Translations under genes and position numbers: made by a program
DNA from: an uncultured bacterium
Lineage (GTDB): Bacteria; Verrucomicrobiota; Verrucomicrobiia; Verrucomicrobiales; DEV007
Length of the DNA: 64,000 bases
Assembly (NCBI GenBank): GCA_963977015.1
Contig: CAXBMO010000027.1
Coordinates: 23,733-87,732 of the forward strand
Direction: 5' to 3'
Part shown: one piece after another, positions 1 through 9,300 of the stretch
How positions within the stretch are numbered: position 1 is the stretch's first letter
How the letters are laid out: every line of letters begins with the position of its first letter
Notes under the pieces: model-generated
What the model was told of the DNA's origin: nothing
The model's database searches: none
The model's input: the letters and a program-made list of their open reading frames with translations, nothing else

Positions 1-2566
1 GGTTGGTGAACTGGCCGCCGGGCATCTCGTGCTCGTAGACTTCGGCGCTGCCTGCTCGAGGCGCACTTTGGAAGGGCTGATAAAAATCGAGCACTTCCTC
101 CCAGTAATCGCTGAACTCGTTCAACGCCTGAAGATTGAGCTTGGTATCGCGTTTGTGAGCTTCGAGAGCGGCGACGATCGAATTGAGGTTCGGCTGACTG
201 GTTGAGCCGGACATACTGCTGATCGCCAAATCCACGATGTCGACTCCGGCTTCGCAGGCTTTGAGAACAGAGGCGGCGCTGATTCCGCTGCTGTCGTGGG
301 TGTGGAAGTGAATCGGGATGCCGATTTCTCCGCTCAAGGTTTTCACCAGCTTCTGTGCGGCAAATGGTCGGCAGAGACCGGCCATGTCCTTGATCGCGAG
401 AATGTGCGCGCCCATCTTTTCCAGCTCTTTCGACATCTTCACGTAATACTCGAGCGAGTATTTATCGCGCTTGGGATCGTCGATGTTGCCGGTGTAACAA
501 ATCGCGGCCTCACAGACACTGTTGGTGTCCTCGACAACCGCTTTCATCGCCACTTCCAAATTCGGCAGGTAGTTGAGGCTGTCGAAAATTCGGAAGATAT
601 CCATCCCGGCCTCGGCCGAATGTTTCACGAAACCGGCGACGACGTTGTCGGGATAATTGGAGTAACCGACTGCGTTGGAACCGCGGAACAGCATCTGGAA
701 ACAGATGTTCGGGATGCGCTCACGGAGTTTGCGAAGCCGCTCCCACGGATCCTCGCGCAGGAAACGCATCGCGGTGTCGAACGTGGCGCCGCCCCACATT
801 TCCAGGCTGAAGAGTTCCGGCGTGCGTTGCGCGATGGCATCGGCAATCGCCAACATGTCGACCGAGCGCATGCGGGTCGCGATGAGCGATTGGTGAGCGT
901 CGCGCAACGTTGTGTCGGTAATGAGAAGGCGCTTCTCCTTCTTGATCCATTCGGCGAATCCGGTTGGTCCCAGCTCGAGAAGCTTCTGGCGGGAGCCGGG
1001 TGCGGGATCGCGACGCGGCTCAAAATGCGGCAACCGCGCGGGCGGCATCACCTCGGCCGGTTTCCAGTTCTTCGCCTGCTGATGGCCGTTGACGGTGACG
1101 TCGCTGAGATAGGCCAGGAGCTTGGTGGCGCGGTCGCGACGGGCCTTGAATTTCAGCAGGTCCGGGTTGTCGTCGATCAGCTTGGTGTGAGCCTGCCCCT
1201 GAAGGAAGGCGTCGTTCAGAATCACGTTTTCCAGGAACGGCATGTTCGTCTTCACCCCACGAATTCGGAATTCCCGCAGCGCGCGATACATGCGCTGGTT
1301 CGCCCCGCGAAAGGTGTTGGCCCACGCCGTGACCTTCACTAACATGCTGTCGTAAAACGGCGTGATCACGCTGCCCGCATCCCCGGAACCCGCGTCGAGA
1401 CGAATCCCGAGACCCGCCGCCGAGCGATAATTGACGATTCGGCCGTAGTCCGGTGCAAAGCCGTTTTCGGGATCTTCGGTCGTGATCCGGCACTGAATTG
1501 CGTAGCCGTTGCGTGGAATCTGGTCCTGCGGCGGGATGTTGATGACCTCGTCGTGAAGTTGGAAGCCCTTCGAAACCAGAATTTGCGAACGAACCAGGTC
1601 GATTCCGGTGATTTGCTCGGTCACGGTGTGCTCGACCTGGATCCGCGGGTTCATCTCGATGAAGAACCAGTCCTTCTTGTCCATGTCGTAGAGGAACTCG
1701 ACCGTGCCGGCGTTGTTGTAGCCGATCTCTTTACCGATCGCCACGGCTGACTGACAAAGGTCGTTCACCAACCCAGGATCGAGATCGATGCTTGGCGCAA
1801 TCTCGATGACTTTCTGATAACGGCGTTGCACCGAACAATCGCGCTCGTGCAGGTGAATCACATTTCCGTGACGATCGCCGAGAAGCTGGACCTCCAAGTG
1901 CTTGGCGCGATTGATGTAGCGCTCCAGAAAGACGCTTGGATTGCCAAACGCGCGCGCCGCTTCGGCTTGAGCGTCGGCCAGGTTCTGCTCCAGATCCTCC
2001 TCCTTCATCACCACCCGCATTCCGCGGCCACCTCCGCCAAACGCGGCCTTGATGATGAGGGGAAAGCCAATCTCCTTGGCGATTTTCATCGCTTCCCGAC
2101 CGCTGACGACCGGATCTTCCGTTCCCGGAAGCGTTGGAACTCCGGCTTTGTGCGCCACGGCGCGAGCCGCGACCTTGTCGCCCATCTTGTTCAGCAAATC
2201 GGGACTTGGCCCGATGAATTCGATCCCTTCATCGATGCAGGCCTGCGCAAAATCGGGATTCTCCGACAAAAAGCCATAACCGGGGTGAATGTGGGTCACG
2301 CCCTTGTCTTTCGCGATCGAAACGATGCCGTCGATGTCGAGATACGCGCCCACCGGCCCTTTTTCTTTGCGCAGCAAATAGGCTTCGTCCGCTTTGAAGC
2401 GATGGCGGCTGAATCGATCTTCTTCGGCAAAAATGGCGACCGTTTTGAGTCCCAACTCGTTGGCGGCACGGAAGATGCGAATGGCGATCTCACCCCGATT
2501 GACGGCCATCAGTTTACCGTCCGAAATATTGGGGTCGCGAAGAAGTGGAGAAAGACTTGCTGACAT
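1..2566 (-). CDS. pyc: Pyruvate carboxylase (3' part runs off the left edge)
   Basis: Not in the ORF track because it has no stop in the window. Manual translation from the ATG at 2566 gives MSASLSPLLRDPNISDGKLMAVNRGEIAIRIFRAANELG (biotin carboxylase N-terminus). The same frame at positions 40-2 reads VYEHEMPGGQFTN, a carboxyltransferase-domain motif of Pyc. Confidence 0.95.
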   Translation of the reverse strand, partial: MSASLSPLLRDPNISDGKLMAVNRGEIAIRIFRAANELGLKTVAIFAEEDRFSRHRFKADEAYLLRKEKGPVGAYLDIDGIVSIAKDKGVTHIHPGYGFLSENPDFAQACIDEGIEFIGPSPDLLNKMGDKVAARAVAHKAGVPTLPGTEDPVVSGREAMKIAKEIGFPLIIKAAFGGGGRGMRVVMKEEDLEQNLADAQAEAARAFGNPSVFLERYINRAKHLEVQLLGDRHGNVIHLHERDCSVQRRYQKVIEIAPSIDLDPGLVNDLCQSAVAIGKEIGYNNAGTVEFLYDMDKKDWFFIEMNPRIQVEHTVTEQITGIDLVRSQILVSKGFQLHDEVINIPPQDQIPRNGYAIQCRITTEDPENGFAPDYGRIVNYRSAAGLGIRLDAGSGDAGSVITPFYDSMLVKVTAWANTFRGANQRMYRALREFRIRGVKTNMPFLENVILNDAFLQGQAHTKLIDDNPDLLKFKARRDRATKLLAYLSDVTVNGHQQAKNWKPAEVMPPARLPHFEPRRDPAPGSRQKLLELGPTGFAEWIKKEKRLLITDTTLRDAHQSLIATRMRSVDMLAIADAIAQRTPELFSLEMWGGATFDTAMRFLREDPWERLRKLRERIPNICFQMLFRGSNAVGYSNYPDNVVAGFVKHSAEAGMDIFRIFDSLNYLPNLEVAMKAVVEDTNSVCEAAICYTGNIDDPKRDKYSLEYYVKMSKELEKMGAHILAIKDMAGLCRPFAAQKLVKTLSGEIGIPIHFHTHDSSGISAASVLKACEAGVDIVDLAISSMSGSTSQPNLNSIVAALEAHKRDTKLNLQALNEFSDYWEEVLDFYQPFQSAPRAGSAEVYEHEMPGGQFTN

Positions 2567-2734
2567 GGAAGCGAGAAACTAGTCGAAGCGGGGATTCTGT
2601 AAACGGGGAAAAGTTGGGGAGATTCAAGCCGATCGGCAGGCGTCCAATCAAGTCGGAAGAACTTTGTCGGGATTTTGAAATTCGGCTGGGATTCCTCGTT
2701 TTACCCACTGGTTGCGCTGGAATCCGTGGAATCG

Positions 2735-3006
2735 CCGTCGCGTAGCGACAGCTCATGCTAGCCGTGGGTTTCAACCCACGGAAAGCGATCGACCAAGAGA
2801 TCCGTCGCGTAGCGACCGTTCATGCTGTTGCGCCCCGATTTGCCGAATGGGGTTAGTTTCTCGAACGAGAGCCGCGAGATGAATACGTTCTTGAGCAATG
2901 GAAACGTTCCCACGCGTGAGCGGTCGCTGACGCGACGCAAGCTCCGGATCAAATGCGGTCCGTGGGTTGAAACCCACGGCTAACATGCCATGTCGCTACG
3001 CGACGG
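2735..3006. repeat. REP/REPIN-like element with ~47-bp terminal inverted repeats, each made of nested palindromes
   Basis: Left end: CCGTCGCGTAGCGACAGCTCATGCTAGCCGTGGGTTTCAACCCACGG (2735-2781). The right end (2960-3006) is its near-perfect reverse complement. Extra GTCGC..GCGAC copies occur at ~2804-2816 and 2923-2937. Confidence 0.8.
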
Positions 3007-3108
3007 TTCTGCTTCGGGTGTTGCCCGACACGGGCGGTTTCCGATGGATGAGTTTTTCCCGGCAGGATGAAGGTTCATTGCTGCTTTTCAGCAAAAGGCG
3101 GATGCGTT

Positions 3109-3196
3109 GTAAAACGGGACATCGGCCCGTTCCTGCGGACGACCTGCCGGTCGACCGGCGGGAGTCTCCGGGGAACGGGCCGATGTCCCGTTTTAC
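3109..3196. repeat. Second REP-like doublet / long hairpin (25-bp perfect stem); may also terminate modC transcription
   Basis: GTAAAACGGGACATCGGCCCGTTCC (3109-3133) pairs with GGAACGGGCCGATGTCCCGTTTTAC (3172-3196). The spacer contains a CCGGTCGACCGG palindrome. Confidence 0.75.
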
Positions 3197-3230
3197 CCAC
3201 CAAAGAGCCGGAGCGGCGTTTCGCGCTGCG

Positions 3231-3875
3231 TCATCTGCGACTTTCCTTTACCTGGCCATCCTGAAGGAGAAAATGCCGGGTGCCGAGCCGGAGCGCTTCG
3301 GCCCGGCTGTGGGTGATGTGAAGTGTGGTGACGCCGGTCGACGTTCGCACGGTTTCGAGGAGTCCGTAGACCTCTTCGCGGGTTTCCTCGTCCAGCGCGC
3401 TCATGGGTTCGTCGAGCAGAAGAATGGGAGGCTCAAAGGAGAGGGCGCGACCAATCGCGATGCGTTGGGATTCGCCGCCGCTCAGGCCCAGCGGACGTCG
3501 ATCCAGCAGGTCGCCGATTCCGAGAAGGCCGGACAATTTCTCGACAATGGCCTGGGTGCGTGACGGCGCAAAGCCGCGCAATTTCGGGGCGAACTCCAAG
3601 TGCTCGCGAACCGTCATCGTTTCAAACAGCGCCAAATCCTGGGGAACATATCCCACGTTGCGCTCGGCGGGAGGTCGCGCGGTGACGACCTTTCCTTCGA
3701 GCAAAATTTCGCCCTGGGCGACGTCGCGAAGCCCGCAGATGGCCTCCAGAATCGTGGTTTTCCCAGAACCGGTTTTGCCCATGATCACGGCGAAATCACC
3801 CGCCGCGACCTGGAACGAAATGCCTTCCAATCGAAAGTCGCCAGCGTGAACGGAAATATCGCGAAGCTCGATCAT
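3231..3875 (-). CDS. ABC transporter ATP-binding protein, molybdate/tungstate (ModC/WtpC-like)
   Basis: Walker A GKTGSGKT, signature LSGGESQR, Walker B LLLDEP, H-loop ITH; adjacent to a ModB-like permease. Confidence 0.85.
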   Translation of the reverse strand: MIELRDISVHAGDFRLEGISFQVAAGDFAVIMGKTGSGKTTILEAICGLRDVAQGEILLEGKVVTARPPAERNVGYVPQDLALFETMTVREHLEFAPKLRGFAPSRTQAIVEKLSGLLGIGDLLDRRPLGLSGGESQRIAIGRALSFEPPILLLDEPMSALDEETREEVYGLLETVRTSTGVTTLHITHSRAEALRLGTRHFLLQDGQVKESRR

Positions 3876-3878
3876 GAT

Positions 3879-4697
3879 TCAGGCGGCAAAGGTGAGGCCA
3901 AATTTGCGAACCAGCGCGAGGACCGCGAAAGCCGCTCCCACCAAAAGGAGCGAAACCGCTACCGCCGCCTCCAGATTTCCAGCGCTCAGTTCCAACCAAA
4001 CCGTGGTTGGCAAGACCTCGGTCTTCATCCGGGTTGCTCCCGCAAACACCAGAATCGGACCAAACTCGCTCAAACTCCGGGCCCAGGCCACGGTCGCCGC
4101 CGCCAGCATCCCACGACGCGCCGAAGGCAGCGCGATGTGCCAAAACGCCTGAAATTCCGAACAACCGAGGGTGAGGGCGACCTGTTCGGGACGGGCCGAA
4201 AGATGCTCGAACGTGCCTCGCATCGTCCGAATCGCGAAGGCCGCGCCAATGACAAATTGCGCGAGCACCACGCCAAACACGGTGTAGGTGAATGGGATCA
4301 CGCGCTCGATTTGGTTCCCGATCGTGGTCTGGAAAAAGATCAGCAGGCAGAGGCCCATCACCATGGGTGGAAGCACGATGGGAATGTCAAGTGCCGCCTC
4401 GATCAGCGATTTTCCCGGAATCTCGCGTCGCGAAAGCAGATAACCTGCCGGAACGGCGACGAGGAGCGAAAGCAGTGCCGTCACCGTGCAGGTCGTGAAG
4501 CTGAGAAACACCGAGTAGCGAATTTCCTTGGACGCCAACGCCGCGAACAAATCCGAAGGCCGGCTGTAAACCGCCGTCGCCGCCAAGATCGCGAGGATGA
4601 ACAGCAAATACCCGCCAGCGATGACGGCAAGCGAGATCCAGAAAGGGGAGTTAGGCGACCGGTTCAATCGTGTCGCGGATCGTGGCAAAGGCTGCAA
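3879..4697 (-). CDS. ABC transporter permease, molybdate/tungstate (ModB-like)
   Basis: Motifs DIPIVLPPMVMG and WARSLSEFG, an EAA-like loop (EQVALTLG) and multiple TM helices. Confidence 0.85.
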   Translation of the reverse strand: MQPLPRSATRLNRSPNSPFWISLAVIAGGYLLFILAILAATAVYSRPSDLFAALASKEIRYSVFLSFTTCTVTALLSLLVAVPAGYLLSRREIPGKSLIEAALDIPIVLPPMVMGLCLLIFFQTTIGNQIERVIPFTYTVFGVVLAQFVIGAAFAIRTMRGTFEHLSARPEQVALTLGCSEFQAFWHIALPSARRGMLAAATVAWARSLSEFGPILVFAGATRMKTEVLPTTVWLELSAGNLEAAVAVSLLLVGAAFAVLALVRKFGLTFAA

Positions 4698-4724
4698 AGG
4701 GGCGCAACCGAAATCGAGCCGCGA

Positions 4725-5405
4725 TTAAACGGCCTGGTCGGTGAGAATATAGCCGTGACCGCGTCGCGTATGGATGAGCGGCTTGGAGTCCGGTGAAGTC
4801 GAGATGGATTTGCGCAGGGAACTGACGGCCGAGTCGATCACGTTGCTCATGACGACGGCGTTGCTGTCGTAGAGGTGTTCCTCGATTTCCGTCCGTGAGA
4901 CGACTTGTCCCTGACGCAGCATCAGGTATTCGAGCAACGAAAACTGCTTGGGCGCCAGATCCAGCTTTTGACCTCCCCGGGTCGCGGTTTTCGTCGCCGA
5001 ATCCAGCTCCAGATCGCCGACAAAGACCTTGGAACTGCGCTTCTCATAGCGTCGCCGGCTCAGGGTTTCGATGCGGGCCAGGAGCTCCTCGATCGCGAAG
5101 GGTTTGATGAGGTAATCGTCCGCGCCTTTGCGCAAGCCGAGCACCCGGTCGTCGATCGTGTCTTTTGCGCTCAGGATGAGGATCGGTGTCTTGTCGCCCG
5201 CTTCGCGCAATTTCTCCAAGATGGTGAGCCCGTCCATGTTCGGCAGCATGATGTCGAGCACGAGCACGTCGAAATCGTAGGTCTGCGCCATCCAGTAACC
5301 TTCCTCGCCATCCGACGTCATATCGACCGCGTAGCCCGAGGCTTTCAGGGCTTTGCCGACCGGTTTTTGCAGGTGTTTCGAATCTTCTACAAAGAGGATG
5401 CGCAT
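4725..5405 (-). CDS. OmpR/PhoB-family response regulator
   Basis: Receiver motifs VEDS, LDIMLP and GADDYLIKPF; winged-helix C-terminus IHTRRGHGY. Confidence 0.93.
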   Translation of the reverse strand: MRILFVEDSKHLQKPVGKALKASGYAVDMTSDGEEGYWMAQTYDFDVLVLDIMLPNMDGLTILEKLREAGDKTPILILSAKDTIDDRVLGLRKGADDYLIKPFAIEELLARIETLSRRRYEKRSSKVFVGDLELDSATKTATRGGQKLDLAPKQFSLLEYLMLRQGQVVSRTEIEEHLYDSNAVVMSNVIDSAVSSLRKSISTSPDSKPLIHTRRGHGYILTDQAV

Positions 5406-5514
5406 CGCGGCGATGATAGCATGAGAACCTGAGCAAAGGATGACGAAATCCGGATGTCCCGACGGTCACCCGCTTTTTGCTTGCCGGATTTCCGAATTGC
5501 AGCGTCGATGAATC

Positions 5515-6306
5515 ATGAAAACACTCTCCGTTCACTTGCTTTCCTCGCTCGTTCTGGCGCTTCCAACCGTTGCGGAAGTGGTGACCAAAGAAGTGACCTA
5601 CGAAAGCGGTGGGTTGACGATGAAAGGACTGCTCGCGTGGGACGATGCGATTGAGGGGAAACGTCCGGGCGTGATCGTGGTTCACGAATGGTGGGGACAC
5701 AACGACTATGCCCGCGAACGCGCCAAAATGCTGGCGAAACTGGGCTACGCGGCCATGGCGATCGACATGTTTGGCGACGGGAAAACGGCCGATCATCCGA
5801 AGGATGCAGGCGCCTTTGCCGGTGAAGCGATGAAGAATCTGGATGTCGCGAAGGCCCGGTTCGAAGCCGCTCGAACGCTTCTCAACGAACAGCCGGTGAC
5901 CGACCCGGCGAAAAATGCGGCGATTGGCTACTGCTTTGGCGGAGGTGTCGTTCTCCACATGGCGCGGCTTGGCGTGGATTTGGACGGAGTTGTGAGTTTT
6001 CACGGAAGTCTCGGCGCGAAGCAGAAGGCGGAAGCCGGGGAGGTGAATGCCAAGGTGCTGGTTTGCAACGGTGCGGCGGACCAATTTGTGAGCGAAGAGG
6101 CGGTCGCAGCCTTCAAAGCGGAAATGGAAGCGGCGAAGGTCGATTTTGAGTTTATCAACTACGAGGGCGCGTTGCATGGATTCACCAACCCGGGGGCGAC
6201 GGCCAAAGGTGAAAAATTCGGTATCCCGCTGGCCTACGACAAGGCTGCGGATGAGGCTTCCTGGGCCGAGATGCAGACGTTTTTCGGCGAAATTTTCGGC
6301 GAATAG
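5515..6306 (+). CDS. Dienelactone hydrolase family protein, exported
   Basis: Signal peptide, HEWWG, nucleophile motif GYCFGG and HGFTNP. Confidence 0.9.
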   Translation: MKTLSVHLLSSLVLALPTVAEVVTKEVTYESGGLTMKGLLAWDDAIEGKRPGVIVVHEWWGHNDYARERAKMLAKLGYAAMAIDMFGDGKTADHPKDAGAFAGEAMKNLDVAKARFEAARTLLNEQPVTDPAKNAAIGYCFGGGVVLHMARLGVDLDGVVSFHGSLGAKQKAEAGEVNAKVLVCNGAADQFVSEEAVAAFKAEMEAAKVDFEFINYEGALHGFTNPGATAKGEKFGIPLAYDKAADEASWAEMQTFFGEIFGE

Positions 6307-6390
6307 AGCGGTTGGTGAGAGTTGATTCTCTCAAATCGCGAACGCGATCAAACATTCTGCGCCGGGCGCTGTCAAAACCCCGAACCTCCT

Positions 6391-9300
6391 ATGAGCACTG
6401 CTTCTCCCGCCTTCTCCGAGCGCAATTTGCGAGCGCTCCCCGCGCCGATTGTCGATAAACTGCGCGACCTGATTGCGCGAGTCCGGCGCATCGCCATCAC
6501 CAAGGGAGTTTTCGCGGTGATTGCCACTGCGCTGATCTCGCTGCTCACGATCATGGCGATCGATGCGACGGTCACGATTTTTTCGAGCGCGGTGCGATGG
6601 TCGCTCACGATCGGAGCCCTCGTCGTGACTGCCGTCGCGGCCTGGTGGTGGGTGTTCCGACCCGCAACGAAGCGGATTACCCTGACCAATATTGCGCGTT
6701 ACGTCGAAACGAGGCATCCCGAGTTGCAGGAGACGATCTCCAGTTCGCTCGAGTTGTTGGCGAGCGATGATCCCAACGAGATTCGGGGATCCGAAGAGCT
6801 GATTGGCGAAGTGGTGAAATCGGCGGTTCGCGACGTCGGCCAGGTTCGCAGCGAGGAAGAGTTCGATACCAGGCCGATTCGCCGTGCAGCGATGGTGGCG
6901 ATTTGCTTTGCCGGGCTGCTCGGTCTGATTTTTGTCATCTGGCCCAAACCCAGCACCACGTTGCTGACGAGGGCGGTGGCGCCATTTCTCCAGGTCGGAA
7001 ACGCCTACGCCGACACGCTTACCGTCAAGCCCGGACACATTCGGGTTCCGGCCGGAGAGGACGTTTCGATCGAAGTCTCGATTCGTCACAAGCGCCTCAA
7101 TCGCGCAACGGTGCGACGCCGCGACAATGAAGATGCGCCGGAGGGCGTCGAGCGGATGGACTTCCTGAGTGAGGACGATGATCACGTGCGAACCTTTGTC
7201 CGGACGTTTCCGAATGTGCAGAAGGACTTTCAGTACCGCGTTCATGCCGGTGCGGCTGTCAGCCAGTTCTACAACGTGGAGGTCGTCCCGCCTCCGATCA
7301 TCGACACCCTGACGATTCGCTATGAATTCCCGGAATATACCAATCTGCCTCCGGTTGAAGGCATCACCGAAACCGGTGAAATCGTCGCGCTCGAAAATAC
7401 GTTGGTGACCGTCACCGCCTTGACCAACCGGCCGATGGAAGCCGCCAATCTGTTGATCGGAACCGAGCCACAGGCCCAGCGCGATCGCGCTCCGGAGGAT
7501 GATCCGCGTGAATTGACCTGGCGCTTTTTCCTGAAGCGCGATCAGGACGAAGAATGGCAGATCCAGCTCAAAGACGACTACGGCTTCGAGAATCAACCCA
7601 TTTTCTACCGATTGCGTTCGGTTCGCGATCAGGCTCCGGAAATTACCCTGACTTCGCCGGAAGCCCGGCAACTGAAACTGCGACCAACCGAGTTTTTACC
7701 CATCAGCTACATAGCGAATGAAGATTTTGGGTTCAGCGCGGCAGAGTTGCTCGTCAAGATCGATGGTCGAGAGCCCGCCGAAGTGCTGCCTCAGACCCTC
7801 CCGAGCAAGAATGCGGAAGGTTGGGGAGGGAAAGCGCCGTTTGATCTTTCGAGCCTGGATTTGGAGCGCGCCCGGAGTCTGACCGTTCACGTTCGGCTCT
7901 CCGACAATCTCCCGAGTCACCTGAAGGGGGCTCAGAAAACAGTCAGCGAGGCGATCGAGATTCAGTTGGATCGAAATTCGAAGCCGTTGGTGGAGCAGAT
8001 TTTTGAAGCTCAGGAAAAGGAAATTCGCCAAACGCTAGAGGAAGCAAAGCGTGATCTGCGTGAAGCGAAGAGCGACAACGATCAGTTGCAGCGTGAACTG
8101 GACAGGGAAAAGGAGCAGGTTTCACCCGAAGCGTTGGCCAAACTGGATGAGGCTCGCAAGGAGATGATCGAAGCCGAGGAAAAGCTCCGGGAAATCAGCG
8201 CGAAAATGGAGGACACGGTCTTTAGCGAGCGAGCCAGGGAGATGGCAGAAATCGCGGAAGAGAATGTGAAGCCGGCACGCGAATCCGCCGAAGCCATTCC
8301 CCTGAGCGACGAACACGAGGAACGCAAGGCGGAGGCTGATCAGGTGGAAGAAGAGCTGGAAGCCGCGCTGGCGAATATCGACGAGGTGCTGAAAAACCTG
8401 GGTGAGAGCAAGGACGAGGTCGAGCAGGTTGCGGAATTGACGGAGTTGGCCAACGAGCAGCGCCGGTTGGCTCAGGAAGCGACGAAGCAGGTGCAGGAAC
8501 AGGCCGCCGAAGACGCGCTGACCAATGCCGAGCAGCAGAGCAAAAACGCCGAGCAGCGGGCCCGGGAAATGCAGGAATGGCAGAAACAGCAGGAGCGGGT
8601 CCAGGATGAATTGGGAGACATGCTTCGCGACGATCCGGAAGCTCTGCGCGAGGTGTTGGAGGCACAGAATCAGCGAGCTGAGGAATTGGCGGAACGGGCC
8701 GAAACCCTGGCTGAGGAACAAGCGCAACTCAAAGCGGCCACGGAGCAGGCGGCCATGCCGGAAAATGCGGAGGCGTTGACCGAGGAGATCATGAAGCAGC
8801 TTCGAAAGGAACAGCAGCAGATCGCGAAACGCGCTGAAGATCTTCAACAACAGATGGCGACCGAGAACCAATCGCTCGAGGAAGGCACGAAAGACGCCGA
8901 GAACGCGGCGAAGCAGTTGGAACGCAACAATTTGGATCGCGCCGAGGTTGCCGCGAATGAGGCGGCCGAGAACTTTGAACAGGTTGCAGACCAGGCTCAG
9001 CGTGAAGTTGCCCAGCAGGCGATTCAGGAAAAGGTTCAGGACGCGCTCGAACAGGCCGCTGAATCCAAAACGGGCCAGGTGCCAAATCCGGAAATGCAGG
9101 AAGGAATCGAGCAAGCCGCTCAAGCCGCTGCCGAGCAGTTGGCCAACGCTCCCCAACCCATGTCCGAGAGCCAAATGCAGGAAGCACTCCAGGAAGCTGC
9201 TCAAAACATGGCTCAAGCTCAGGCCGAGAATCCCGCCGCGACTCCCGAGCAATTGGCGCAAGCCGCTCAAGAAGCCTTCCAGGAACAAGCCCGGGAAGCC

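Noticed and set aside
296-2563. Plus-strand ORFs of 348 and 245 aa
   Set aside because: Antisense shadows of pyc, which the track missed because it lacks a stop codon in the window.
2735-3196. Possible CRISPR array
   Set aside because: The repeats are inverted and nested rather than regularly spaced direct repeats, and there are no cas genes.
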